Part shown: in pieces, positions 8,555-17,786 of the stretch | Layout: each line of letters starts with the position of its first letter | Numbering within the stretch: the stretch's first letter is position 1 | Source of the DNA: an uncultured Eubacteriales bacterium | GTDB lineage: Bacteria; Acidobacteriota; Aminicenantia; Aminicenantales; Aminicenantaceae | Length of the DNA stretch: 64,000 nt | Assembly: GCA_964440805.1 (NCBI GenBank) | Contig: CAYTTR010000004.1 | Span: 15,040 to 79,039, forward strand | Direction of reading: 5' to 3' | Made by a program: the position numbers and the translations under genes | The notes under the pieces: generated by a model | What the model saw: only the letters and a program-made list of their open reading frames with translations | What the model was told of the DNA's origin: nothing | Database searches by the model: none

Positions 8555-8802
8555 TATTCCTCTACAGAGAAGATCTTGTTCCGGGATGAAGCTCCTTTTA
8601 CTACTTTTAACCGGGAAGGAGGGATTCCTAAGTAGTCGGCGAGAAGTTCAGCGGCCTCCTGGTTGGCTTTCCCTTTTTCAGGAGCTGAAACCACTCGTAT
8701 AAAAAACCGGTCTGAAGCTTTTCTCTGGAGGGATTGGAATTTTGAACGGGGCTGGACTTTAACTTTAATCAGTCTAACCGGTGGATTCTTTTCTTTCGGC
8801 AT
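8554..8802 (-). CDS. DUF167 (YggU) family protein
   Basis: 82-aa ORF with the pattern VKVQPRSK...VSAPEKGKAN...L, located directly downstream of yggT as in many bacteria. Confidence 0.75.
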   Translation of the reverse strand: MPKEKNPPVRLIKVKVQPRSKFQSLQRKASDRFFIRVVSAPEKGKANQEAAELLADYLGIPPSRLKVVKGASSRNKIFSVEE

Positions 8803-8808
8803 TTAATT

Positions 8809-9132
8809 TTAAAAAGCCAATGTCTGCTGCCTTAGTAACTGCATCCCGTAAAGGGAGATAGATTTAACCAGGAATGAATCAATGAATATGATAGCCAGGA
8901 TTGCCAGAATGGGGCTTATATCGATTCCACCCAGTTTATAAGGAGGGACGAAACGGCGCAGAGGCCTCAGAACCGGCTCAGTTAGGTAGTATAGAATCAC
9001 TGTAACCTGGTAGAGGGAGGGAACCTGTATCCAGGAAAGTATAGCCCGGATCAAGATCACCCAGATATAGGTCATCAGGATAATGTGAAGTATTTTAGCT
9101 GCAGATATCAAAAAATTGGCTGCCAGAATCAT
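8809..9132 (-). CDS. yggT: YggT family membrane protein
   Basis: 107 aa with two hydrophobic halves and the YggT-like segment [26 protein letters not shown]. Confidence 0.8.
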   Translation of the reverse strand: MILAANFLISAAKILHIILMTYIWVILIRAILSWIQVPSLYQVTVILYYLTEPVLRPLRRFVPPYKLGGIDISPILAILAIIFIDSFLVKSISLYGMQLLRQQTLAF

Positions 9133-9161
9133 TTTGTTATTCCTTCAAAGATCGAAGTTAT

Positions 9162-9947
9162 TCATCTAATATCGAGAAGAGATTTATATTTTTCAAAAAG
9201 TTCTTTGAGCTGTTTTCTGGTTACCACATAGCCGCTGATATAAACAGAGAGGTTGCGGCGGATTGGGTCGTTTGATTTCAACAGAATATATTCTCTGATC
9301 AGGCCCGGGTTGTTGCGGGGTGGGATTTTAACGGTCAGAGAAACTTCTTTTTTTGCCGGGATGCGGAGTGAAGTAACTTTGACCTTTCCGGTCAGGAATT
9401 CGGCTTCTTTGTGAGAAAGTTCGACTTCCAATACTTTTTCCCCGCTGTTCCTTACTTTAAACTCAGCCGATATCGGTTCTCCTTCAAGGAGGATCCCCCC
9501 GTCAAGACTGAAGCGGTCAACTTCGATTTTCGGCCTGGGAGGAACATTAATGGAGGCACTGACGGTCAACTGTTTCCGGGGGGTCCGGGAGTCGTTTGAT
9601 TCTACATAAATGTACTTGGATTGATTTCCTTCATAACCGCGGGTATTGAAAGTGACTTTGATTTCACCCTTTTCACCCGGATTGAGCTTTTTGTTGGAGA
9701 CAAGAGCGGCAGCACAACCGCAGGATGTTCGCACTTTTTCGATTTGCAGAGGAGAATCTCCAATGTTTTCAAAAATGAAGACATGGTTAAGAACAGTTCC
9801 TTCCTTAACACTACCGAAATCCCAGCTATCCTCCTTGAATTTGATTCTGGGACCTTCATTTTTAGGAAGAGAGAGGGGATGAAGCAGCAATGGGGATACA
9901 ATTAAGCAAGAGATGAGGAGAAGAAAAAGTTTACTACCTCTGTGCAT
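9162..9947 (-). CDS. DUF1573 domain-containing protein (two Ig-like repeats), secreted
   Basis: It has a signal peptide, the DUF1573 hallmark FDFGSVKEG...FENIGDSPLQI..VRTSCGCA, and a second degenerate repeat. Confidence 0.75.
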   Translation of the reverse strand: MHRGSKLFLLLISCLIVSPLLLHPLSLPKNEGPRIKFKEDSWDFGSVKEGTVLNHVFIFENIGDSPLQIEKVRTSCGCAAALVSNKKLNPGEKGEIKVTFNTRGYEGNQSKYIYVESNDSRTPRKQLTVSASINVPPRPKIEVDRFSLDGGILLEGEPISAEFKVRNSGEKVLEVELSHKEAEFLTGKVKVTSLRIPAKKEVSLTVKIPPRNNPGLIREYILLKSNDPIRRNLSVYISGYVVTRKQLKELFEKYKSLLDIR

Positions 9948-10009
9948 GGCGACTCCTTTTTATTTATTTAAAATAATACCATCTTTAGAGAAAAATTGGC
10001 AAGCTCAAC

Positions 10010-10219
10010 GTAAGCATCTCTAAAGCCGTGATAAGAGGAAGGGTATGGGATTCGTCACCCGCTCGATTCCCCGGCGAGGAATCTCGCTCCCATTCGGGCT
10101 TCGCTCTCCTCTCCTCCGGAGAGGAACCATGCCCGCTCAGCCCTCATAGTGGATTCCTCATCCCATACCCTTCCTCTTTTTTATCTAAACAATCTATATC
10201 ACGGAATTAGAGATGCTTC
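10010..10219. mobile_element. MITE-like element: ~24-50 bp imperfect terminal inverted repeats flanked by a 10-bp direct repeat
   Basis: The direct repeat caagctcaac occurs at 10000-10009 and 10220-10229. The left end is gtaagcatctctaaagccgtgata, and the reverse complement of the right end is ggaagcatctctaattccgtgata (21/24 matches). A further inner inverted repeat pairs agaggaagggtatggga with tcccatacccttcctct. The core is GC-rich, contains an 8-bp hairpin (tcctctcc tcc ggagagga), and has no credible ORF. Confidence 0.6.
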
Positions 10220-10315
10220 CAAGCTCAACTCTCCAGGTACCTCTTGTCTTTTTCTTTTATCCTGATAAAATAGACCTGCCTTAAAAGAGAACAGTATTTC
10301 AGGGAGAGTAAAATT

Positions 10316-11194
10316 ATGCCGGAATTAATTAAAAAGATTCTTTGGGCGACTGATTTTTCTGACGAAGCCAATGAGGCTTTAGTTTATGCCAATATCTTCG
10401 CTCAGGCCTTTAAGTCAGAGCTAACGGCACTTCATATAATTCCTGATTTTTCCCCGTCACTCTATAATACAGCCGCAGCCTTGAGAGGAGAGTTGTCCCA
10501 AAGAGTCGGCCAGGCTAAAAAAGTTATCAAAAAAAAATTAGAAACCCTGCAGGAGAAAAAAGAGATTTCTTTCAAGGTCCTGGTAAAGGAAGGAACCGCA
10601 GCCAAAGTTATTGCTGAAATAGCCAAGAAGGAAAAAATTGATCTTATCGTTATGGGAAAAAGAGGGCAATCAGCTATTGAAAAGTTTTTTATTGGAAGTG
10701 TTACCAGCCAGGTCCTCCGCTGTTCCCCGGCTCCTGTCCTGGTTACAAAGAAGAAAAGCGGACTGCCCCGGGTTAAGAAAATTCTTGTTCCTACGGATTT
10801 TTCCGAACAAGAAGAGAAAGAAAGAGATTTTGCTTGGATGCTGGCCAAGAAACTAAATGCATCTCTTACTCTCCTCCACGTCATGGAACTCCATGACTAT
10901 GAGTTTTCACCCAAGGTGCTTGAAGAAACATTCAATAAATTGATGAGTAGGTTGAAAAGAAGGAAAAAAAGAGAAAAAGAAGATATTAGCGTTAAAGAAG
11001 ATGTGACCCGGGCGGTAAATGCTGCTGTTGGTATTGTCGACTATGCTGAAACGCATAAATTAGATATGATCGTTATGTCCACCTATGTTCACAGCAAACT
11101 GGAGAGGTTTTTCCTGGGAAGCACCACGGAAAAAGTGATCGGATACAGCCATATCCCGGTTTTTGCTATCCCGCCGGAGTGTTACCGGAAATAA
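10316..11194 (+). CDS. universal stress protein, tandem UspA domains
   Basis: 292 aa with two Usp repeats, each ending in a (D/H)L(I/M)VMG..G......F(F/I)(I/L)GS(V/T)(T/S)..V motif (DLIVMGKRGQSAIEKFFIGSVTSQVL; DMIVMSTYVHSKLERFFLGSTTEKVI). Confidence 0.85.
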   Translation: MPELIKKILWATDFSDEANEALVYANIFAQAFKSELTALHIIPDFSPSLYNTAAALRGELSQRVGQAKKVIKKKLETLQEKKEISFKVLVKEGTAAKVIAEIAKKEKIDLIVMGKRGQSAIEKFFIGSVTSQVLRCSPAPVLVTKKKSGLPRVKKILVPTDFSEQEEKERDFAWMLAKKLNASLTLLHVMELHDYEFSPKVLEETFNKLMSRLKRRKKREKEDISVKEDVTRAVNAAVGIVDYAETHKLDMIVMSTYVHSKLERFFLGSTTEKVIGYSHIPVFAIPPECYRK

Positions 11195-12305
11195 AAATCA
11201 AGTGGAGGATTTGTTACAATACTGGATTGCTTTAAATCTTGTTCTGGCGGAGAAGATAAAAGAAGCGGCTCTGATTCGCCGTGTTTACCCGGATATTTCC
11301 CAATTGTTCAAGGCCGGAAAAAGTGAGCTGACTGCCCTGGGCCTCAAAGATGAGCTAGTAAAGGCCTTGACTGTTTCCCAGACATTGCATAAAGCCGAAA
11401 GAATACTACAAAAATGCCGCCGGGAGGGAGTGGATATTCTTACCCGGAATGATAGCCGGTATCCGGACAGGCTTCGAGAAATATTTGATCCGCCGGACGT
11501 CCTGTACTGTAAAGGAAAATTGGAAGTGCTTCAAAAACCATCAGTGGCCGTTGTGGGTTCCAGAAAACCCACCGCCTACGGAAGAATGATGGCCGAACGA
11601 CTAACGGAAGATCTGTCTTCGGGGGGATTAGTGGTGGTCAGTGGGCTGGCTCACGGGATTGATTCTGCTGCTCACTGGGGAGCTCTCCGGGGAGGAGAGA
11701 CAGTTGCGGTGCTTGGCTCAGGAATGGAACAAATTTATCCAAAGGAAAACTTAAGGCTGGCTTCCAAGGTTGCAGAAAAAGGAGTCGTGGTTACAGAGTA
11801 TCCTCCTCGCAGCCGCCCCCTGGGATATCATTTTCCTTTGAGAAATCGAATTATCAGCGGCCTTTCCTTAGCCTGTATTGTGGTGGAAGCCGCCCGGCGC
11901 AGCGGTTCTTTAATAACAGCCAGGCTTGCCCTGGAACATGGAAGAGAGGTCATGGCTGTCCCGGGAAATGTAACTTCTGAGTTAAGCTGGGGGCCGCACT
12001 GGTTAATTCAGTCTGGGGCAAAACTTATCCGGAACTGGGAAGATGTGGCCGAAGAGCTTCCTTCGCCCTGGAGAGAAGATCTTTTAACCAAGAAGGAGGC
12101 AAAACCTGCCTCAAGGCCGGACTTGACAACTGAGGAGCAGAATATATTAGCTAAAATAAGCTCTGACTCGACAGTCCATATTGATGAACTGGTGGAAGGA
12201 AGTAAATGGTCCGTCTCGGAGATGCTTACTCATCTTCTTAATCTGGAGCTAAAAGGATACGTTATACAACTGGCTGGGAAAAATTTCATTGGCAAGGATA
12301 GCTAA
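11163..12305 (+). CDS. dprA: DNA-processing protein DprA (Smf)
   Basis: DprA Rossmann core motifs are present: VAVVGSRKPTAYG, SGLAHGIDSAAH, AVLGSGMEQIYP, RRSGSLITA. The start is uncertain: TTG 11163 overlaps usp, and an in-frame GTG at 11202 lies just after the usp stop. Confidence 0.9.
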   Translation: MLSRRSVTGNKNQVEDLLQYWIALNLVLAEKIKEAALIRRVYPDISQLFKAGKSELTALGLKDELVKALTVSQTLHKAERILQKCRREGVDILTRNDSRYPDRLREIFDPPDVLYCKGKLEVLQKPSVAVVGSRKPTAYGRMMAERLTEDLSSGGLVVVSGLAHGIDSAAHWGALRGGETVAVLGSGMEQIYPKENLRLASKVAEKGVVVTEYPPRSRPLGYHFPLRNRIISGLSLACIVVEAARRSGSLITARLALEHGREVMAVPGNVTSELSWGPHWLIQSGAKLIRNWEDVAEELPSPWREDLLTKKEAKPASRPDLTTEEQNILAKISSDSTVHIDELVEGSKWSVSEMLTHLLNLELKGYVIQLAGKNFIGKDS

Positions 12306-12307
12306 TA

Positions 12308-14566
12308 ATGAAACTGGTTATTGTTGAATCGCCGGCTAAGGCCAAGACGGTCAATCGTTATTTAGGAAAAGACTTCCGGGTTATGGCCACTATGGGTCAT
12401 ATCCAGGATCTTCCCAAGACGAGCCTGGGAGTGGATATTGAGAAAGATTTCAAACCTAAATTTAAAATAATTGATGGCCGTAAGAAGATCGTTTACCAGT
12501 TGACTAAAGCCGCTGAAGAAGCTGCTGCTGTTTATCTTGCGGCTGACCCGGACCGGGAAGGAGAAGCCATTTGCTGGCATCTTTCGGAAATCCTTAACAA
12601 GGTTAATCCAAACATTAACCGGGTTCTTTTCCATGAAATAACCAAAAACGCTATTTCCGAGTCTTTCCAGGAAGGGGGGCAGCTCGACAGGGGAAAAATC
12701 GATGCTCAACTAACCAGAAGGATTCTGGACAGGCTTGTTGGTTACCTGATCAGCCCTCTTCTTTGGGAGAAAGTGGGCAAAGGATTAAGTGCAGGCCGGG
12801 TTCAATCTATTTCCCTGCGCCTTATTTGTGAGCGGGAAAAAGAGATAAAAAACTTTGTTCCCCAGGAATACTGGACCATTACCGCTGCCCTTAAAGCATC
12901 TTCTCCTCCTCTTTTCAAAGCATCCTTGGCCAAAATCGAGGGAAAAAAAGTCCGGGTGAAAACAGGCGAGGAGGCCAAGACCATTGTTTCAGAGCTGGAA
13001 AAACTTCCCTTTATTTTAAAAAACATTGTCCGTAAACAGAAGAAAAAAACTCCTCCTCCTGCTTACATTACCAGTACCCTCCAGCAGGATTGTTTTAGAA
13101 TTTTCCGTTATCCAGTTAAAAAAACCATGTCTGTGGCCCAGCGTCTTTATGAAGGGTTGGATGTGGGCAAGAGAGGCCGGACAGGATTAATAACTTACAT
13201 GAGAACTGATTCGGTTCGAGTTTCGCCCCTGGCATTGTCTTTAGCCAGAAAATATATAGCTGAAAATTTTCCTGCACAGTACCTTCCTGCCAAAGCCAGA
13301 ATCTACAGGAATAAAAAGAAAACCCAGGATGCCCATGAAGCCATTCGGCCGACCCATTTCGCTCTTCCCCCGGAAAAAGTCAAACCTTATCTCAAAAAGG
13401 ATGAATACAATCTCTATTCATTGATTTGGAAACGGTTCCTTGCTTCTCAGATGAGCCAGGCCATTATTGATGAAACGGAATTTAAGATTGAGGCCGGGAA
13501 ATATGGTTTTTCCGCTAAGGGAGAGGTGATCCGGTTTGACGGATTCATGGCCCTTTATTCCAGGCAGAAAGAAGATAAGGCTCTGCCGCCGGCCAGGGAA
13601 GGGGAAACCCTATCCCTTCTGGAGCTGGAGCCGAAGCAGAATTTCACTCAGCCTCCTCCCCGGTATACAGAAGGCTCGCTGGTCAAGGAGCTGGAAGCCC
13701 GTGGGATAGGAAGGCCCAGTACCTATGCTCCGATTATTGCCACCCTCCAGGACAGGGTTTACGTGGTTAAAGAGGCTGGGAAGTTTGTTCCTACTGATTT
13801 GGGCCTCTTTGTCACGGATTTTCTGATCAAGCATTTTCCCGATCTTATGGAATTCGAGTTTACAGCCCTCTTAGAGGAGGAATTAGACCGGGTAAGCCAA
13901 GGCGAACTCGACTGGAAAGAATCATTGAAATCTTACTATGCTCTTCTTGAAAAAGACCTGAATGAAGCCCGGAAAGAGGAAAGCATAAAGGCCAATGGCA
14001 TACCTGTTGAAGATGTCTGTCCCCATTGTGGGAAGAGATTGGTGATTAAGGAGGGCCGGTACGGCCGCTTTAAAGCCTGTTCAGGTTACCCAGAGTGTAC
14101 ATACAAGGAAAGTCTGGTCAAGAAGGAAGTCAAGACATTAGAGGAAAACTGTCCTTTGTGTGGAGCTCATCTGGTTGTCCGTAAGGGAAAATATGGAACT
14201 TTCATAGCCTGTTCCGATTATCCCAAGTGCCGTTACACCAAGAAAGAAAAGGAAGATACAGGGCTTCCCTGTCCCCTGGATTGCGGAGGGACTTTAGTTA
14301 AAAGAAAAACCAGGCGCGGTAAAGAGTTTACCGGATGCAGCAACTTTCCTCGTTGCCGCTTTGCCACCTGGGGCATTCCAGAGGAAAGAACCTGTCCTCA
14401 GTGTGGGCGGAAGGTGCTCTTTTTCAAAAGGGAAAAGGGAAAGTCCCGGCGTTACTGTGCTTCAGAAGACTGCGGTTATCAAGAGGAAATTTCCTCTGAT
14501 TCTAAAAAGAAGCCAAAAGCTATTTCTTCCGGGGAGATCAAGACAGAGAATCCGGAAGCCCAATGA
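12308..14566 (+). CDS. topA: DNA topoisomerase I
   Basis: 752 aa with a Toprim N-terminus (MKLVIVESPAKAKT, DPDREGEAI), the active-site Tyr region ITYMRTDS, and four C-terminal CxxC...CxxC zinc ribbons. Confidence 0.95.
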   Translation: MKLVIVESPAKAKTVNRYLGKDFRVMATMGHIQDLPKTSLGVDIEKDFKPKFKIIDGRKKIVYQLTKAAEEAAAVYLAADPDREGEAICWHLSEILNKVNPNINRVLFHEITKNAISESFQEGGQLDRGKIDAQLTRRILDRLVGYLISPLLWEKVGKGLSAGRVQSISLRLICEREKEIKNFVPQEYWTITAALKASSPPLFKASLAKIEGKKVRVKTGEEAKTIVSELEKLPFILKNIVRKQKKKTPPPAYITSTLQQDCFRIFRYPVKKTMSVAQRLYEGLDVGKRGRTGLITYMRTDSVRVSPLALSLARKYIAENFPAQYLPAKARIYRNKKKTQDAHEAIRPTHFALPPEKVKPYLKKDEYNLYSLIWKRFLASQMSQAIIDETEFKIEAGKYGFSAKGEVIRFDGFMALYSRQKEDKALPPAREGETLSLLELEPKQNFTQPPPRYTEGSLVKELEARGIGRPSTYAPIIATLQDRVYVVKEAGKFVPTDLGLFVTDFLIKHFPDLMEFEFTALLEEELDRVSQGELDWKESLKSYYALLEKDLNEARKEESIKANGIPVEDVCPHCGKRLVIKEGRYGRFKACSGYPECTYKESLVKKEVKTLEENCPLCGAHLVVRKGKYGTFIACSDYPKCRYTKKEKEDTGLPCPLDCGGTLVKRKTRRGKEFTGCSNFPRCRFATWGIPEERTCPQCGRKVLFFKREKGKSRRYCASEDCGYQEEISSDSKKKPKAISSGEIKTENPEAQ

Positions 14567-15447
14567 AAAAGCAGATAGAAAAATTTATCGACTATCTCCA
14601 GCATGAAAGAAATGCCTCTTCCCACACAGTGAATAGTTACCGGAGAGATCTGCAACAATTTGAACGCTACTTGAAACAGAAAAAAGTTGGATTCCGGGAG
14701 GTGGATAATACAGTTTTAAGAGGATTCCTGGCATCTCTTTACCTCCAGCAGCTGAAAAAAACTTCTGTTTCCAGAAAATTGGCAGCTATCCGGTCTTTTT
14801 TCCAATTTTGTCTCCAGAAGAAAATTGTTAAAGACAATCCAGCCAAGATTGTTTCCACTCCCCGCCTTGAGAAACATGTTCCTTCTTTTCTCACCGAGGA
14901 AGAAATAAGCCTGTTTTTGGATTTTCCGGTTTCGAATAAGTCTCTCGACCGCAGGGATGATGCCCTTCTTGAGCTCCTTTATGCCACCGGCATTAGAGTG
15001 AGTGAATTAGTGGGTATTAATCTCGATGACCTTAATTTTGAGGAACGGTTTATCCGTATCAGAGGGAAAGGAAAGAAAGAAAGGCTGGTTCCCTTTGGGG
15101 CAAGAGCCGATGAGAAACTCAGCCGCTACCTCAAAATAAGGCAGCAGATTAATGAGGGAAAAATTGATGAGAAAGCACTTTTTCTTAATTATAAGGGATC
15201 AAGGATTTCGCCCCGCTCAGTGGAAAGGATTGTTAAGAAGGCTTTAAACAGGACAGCTATAAAAAGAAATATCAGTCCTCATTCTTTAAGACATTCTTTT
15301 GCCTCCCATCTTCTCAGCCGGGGAGCTGATTTAAGAGTAATTCAGGAGCTTTTAGGCCATGAAAGTTTGGCCACAACTCAAAAATACACGCATCTGGATC
15401 TTAAAAAGCTTCTGGAAACCTATAAAAAAACTCACCCCCGGTCATAA
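14563..15447 (+). CDS. xerC: tyrosine recombinase XerC/XerD family
   Basis: 294 aa with a 4-nt overlap with topA. It has the catalytic pattern ATGIRVSEL, HSLRHSFASHLL, LGHESLATTQKYTH. dprA-topA-xer is a common arrangement. Confidence 0.9.
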   Translation: MKKQIEKFIDYLQHERNASSHTVNSYRRDLQQFERYLKQKKVGFREVDNTVLRGFLASLYLQQLKKTSVSRKLAAIRSFFQFCLQKKIVKDNPAKIVSTPRLEKHVPSFLTEEEISLFLDFPVSNKSLDRRDDALLELLYATGIRVSELVGINLDDLNFEERFIRIRGKGKKERLVPFGARADEKLSRYLKIRQQINEGKIDEKALFLNYKGSRISPRSVERIVKKALNRTAIKRNISPHSLRHSFASHLLSRGADLRVIQELLGHESLATTQKYTHLDLKKLLETYKKTHPRS

Positions 15448-15484
15448 ATTTTCTGCTTTAAAATTCACTCTAAGTGCAGCCGAT

Positions 15485-15768
15485 TACCCACAGCATCCTC
15501 ATCGTCTGTGACGGGAAAACATGGATTTCATGGCATGTTTAGGACCGAGCGAAGCCGAGTGATGTGGAAATTGCCACACTTCGCCCATATCACCCCACTA
15601 TCTTGTTTATTTAGTTTCACCCTTTTCAAACCGAACAAACCAGATAGACCAGATGAACGCTATAAACGCAAAAACGCTATTAACGCGATTAACTATTCCT
15701 GTTTTTCTCGCTCCCCATTTATTTAACTTAATCAACTGAACAGACCGAATAGACGGAATAGACTGAGC
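15485..15768 (+). repeat. intergenic repeat element, locus R4 (head, two 9-nt arrays), collinear paralogue of R2
   Basis: R4 gtgatgtggaaattgccacacttcgcccatatca corresponds to R2 gatgacatggaaattaagtcacttcgcccatctca. Shared segments are tttatttagttt, cttttcaaacc, ataaacgc, tattaacgc, tttttctcgctc, atttatttaact and aactgaacagaccgaata. The arrays lie at 15632-15693 and 15738-15764. Confidence 0.8.
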
Positions 15769-15921
15769 TACCTCTGTTGACGGTATTTTTCCGAGACTTG
15801 TCTATCTTCGAATAAGTTAGGGCCCCTAATTAATGATAATATTTTGATAATAAATAAGTTAAAAATTCACTCTTCCTGGTCTGGAGTTTGCACTTATTAT
15901 TCCCGAAAGGAGGTTTCAACG

Positions 15922-16221
15922 ATGATATTATCAAAGAAAAAATTATTTGCCGGGAGTGTGCTAGTTTGTTTTCTTTTTTCTTTATGCTTTCTGGCTGTTC
16001 CGTCAGTCCAGGCTCAGTCAGGCAGCAAGATCAATATCAATAACGCCACAGCGGCTGAACTGGAAAGCCTGCCCCGGATAGGACCCAAAGTGGCTCAGAG
16101 AATTATTGACTTCCGGGAAAAAAACGGAAAGTTCAACCGGATTGAAGACATTATGAAAGTCCCGGGAATCGGGGAAAAGGTTTTCGAACAAATCAAGGAC
16201 AAAATTACGGTAGGGGATTAG
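15922..16221 (+). CDS. ComEA-like helix-hairpin-helix DNA-binding protein
   Basis: ATG 15922 follows AAAGGAGG. The protein has a signal/TM segment and then tandem HhH motifs (INNATAAELESLPRIGPKVAQRIIDFR; IEDIMKVPGIGEKVFEQI). The 5' extension of the track ORF is unsupported. Confidence 0.8.
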   Translation: MILSKKKLFAGSVLVCFLFSLCFLAVPSVQAQSGSKININNATAAELESLPRIGPKVAQRIIDFREKNGKFNRIEDIMKVPGIGEKVFEQIKDKITVGD

Positions 16222-16250
16222 ACCCAGCGGGATGGTTGATTAATAAATGG

Positions 16251-16285
16251 GAGAAGGGAAGCTTCCACAGAAGACTTCCCTTCTC
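16251..16285. terminator. bidirectional stem-loop between convergent genes
   Basis: A perfect 11-bp stem gagaagggaag / cttcccttctc encloses a 13-nt loop. It lies 30 nt after the comEA-like stop, and the minus-strand reading is followed by TTTATT. Confidence 0.55.
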
Positions 16286-16473
16286 TTCCCCTCCCAGAAA
16301 AAATATCATCTTCGGTCTGTTTTTTTGCTTTTTGTGGATGATAAGTTTACTTTGAGGATTGGTTAATGAGGCTCTCTTCCATTTTGTGTGGGGAAAATCA
16401 TTGAATATGAGAGCATCGGGCATACCTTATGCTCTTTAGTTCTTTAAGCATACTTACAAAAAATAGAAGAAAA

Positions 16474-17076
16474 TTATTTAAGGTAATTTTTTAAAAATTC
16501 CCGCAGCTTTGTTAAAGCCCGGCCCCGGTGGCTAACCTTGTTTTTTACTTCCGGTTCAAGCTCAGCCAAGGTTTTGTCAAGCGGAGGATAGTAAAAGATG
16601 GGATCATAGCCGAACCCCCATCTTCCTTTTTGTTCAAAGGTAATATAACCTTCCACTTTTTCTGTGATTTCAGTAAGAACTCTTTCCTGGCTGGCAAGCA
16701 CCATGGAGCAGACAAAACGGGCGGTCCTTTTTTCAAAGGGGGTGTTTTTCAAAAGACTCAAAACCTTCTCGATGTTTCGCTCATCACTGGCATTAGGAAC
16801 TGAAAAACGGGCAGAGTAGATTCCGGGTGCTCCTCCCAGCTCATCCACTACCAGCCCGGAATCTTCAGCCAGGGTAAGACCATTCCATAAAGAACGGTAA
16901 AAAAGACTTTTTTGCCTGGCATTTTCCAGAAAACTTTTTCCGGATTCAGGACAGGTCTCCTTAATCTTCAAATCAGAGAGACTAAATATCCTGATGCTTA
17001 AGGGTGAAAGATACCTTAGCAGCTCTCTTTTTTTGCCTGGATTCCAGGTGGCCAAGAGAAGGCGGGTCTCATTCAA
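16474..17076 (-). CDS. rdgB: dITP/XTP pyrophosphatase (RdgB/Ham1 family)
   Basis: Motifs LLLATWNPGKKREL, FGYDPIFYYP and SHRGRAL are present. The track ORF (248 aa) overextends into mgtC, whereas TTG at 17076, 2 nt after the mgtC stop, gives ~200 aa as expected for the family. Confidence 0.85.
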   Translation of the reverse strand: MNETRLLLATWNPGKKRELLRYLSPLSIRIFSLSDLKIKETCPESGKSFLENARQKSLFYRSLWNGLTLAEDSGLVVDELGGAPGIYSARFSVPNASDERNIEKVLSLLKNTPFEKRTARFVCSMVLASQERVLTEITEKVEGYITFEQKGRWGFGYDPIFYYPPLDKTLAELEPEVKNKVSHRGRALTKLREFLKNYLK

Positions 17077-17716
17077 TGTTAATTTCCAGAATCCCCTCGA
17101 TTTGCAAAAGAAGTTGGTTGAAATTTTGTTCCTTTTCGTCTGTTGTGGAAAAACTGAGCCGTAAGAGATGGTAATCCTTTCCTTTTTTGAGAGATATTTC
17201 CCGGAATTTAATTCCTTCATGAAGGGCGAATTTCTTAATTTTCAGGAGGGCATCTTTGCTCGGATCCAGTTTCAGGTTATAGATGAAGAGAGATTTTCTT
17301 AGATAGAATTCTTCAATCCGCCTGAACAAGACCAAGGTAAGCATAATAATAATGGAAAAAATCAAGCCGGCCATATAATAGCCGGCTCCAATTAGTAATC
17401 CTAAGCCGGCTACAACCCAGAGGGTGGCAGCGGTGGTCAGCCCGATAACCGTACCCCTTGATTGAATAATTGTTCCGGCTCCAATAAAACCGATGCCGGT
17501 TATAACACCGGCTGCAATTCTGGCTGCTTCACTGGAAGCAATATCGTGTTCCCCGATAAGGAGGCCGGCTAAAATCATCATCATTGTTGCTCCCAGACAA
17601 ATCAAGATGTTTGTCCTGAAACCGGCCGGTTTATGGCTGGATTCTCTTTCCAGGCCGATAAGACCGCCCAAGGCAACTGCCAGAAAGAGTTTTAAAATGA
17701 TTTCCATAAGTTCCAT
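17069..17716 (-). CDS. MgtC/SapB family protein
   Basis: 215 aa with an N-terminal membrane domain (ALGGLIGLERE, GFRTNILICLGA, TAATLWVVAGLGLLIGAG) and a soluble C-terminal domain. Confidence 0.85.
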   Translation of the reverse strand: MELMEIILKLFLAVALGGLIGLERESSHKPAGFRTNILICLGATMMMILAGLLIGEHDIASSEAARIAAGVITGIGFIGAGTIIQSRGTVIGLTTAATLWVVAGLGLLIGAGYYMAGLIFSIIIMLTLVLFRRIEEFYLRKSLFIYNLKLDPSKDALLKIKKFALHEGIKFREISLKKGKDYHLLRLSFSTTDEKEQNFNQLLLQIEGILEINIE

Positions 17717-17786
17717 TAGATTCTTCTCAAAATCAATTTAAGGTCAATTTATCATACTTCATCTTCCTTAATCAATCAGCCGGGGA

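Noticed and set aside
10028-10210. A 60-aa ORF inside the inverted-repeat element.
   Set aside because: It is Pro/Ser/Gly-rich and spans both inverted-repeat arms, with no SD. It is better explained as a non-coding MITE-like element.
15508-15726. Track ORFs across the repeat elements (15508-15726 +, 6529-6726 +, 6875-7060 -) might encode tripeptide-repeat peptides such as CLFCLFSPFCLF or NAINAIN.
   Set aside because: Homologous nucleotides in different copies fall in different frames and are interrupted by stops. There is no SD or start conservation, and 6875-7060 also overlaps the nupC 3' end.
16474-17220. The 248-aa version of the Ham1/RdgB ORF, overlapping mgtC by 150 nt.
   Set aside because: The N-terminal 48 residues have no family counterpart and overlap a well-supported gene. 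A TTG at 17076 gives the canonical MxxxLLLATxNPGK start.
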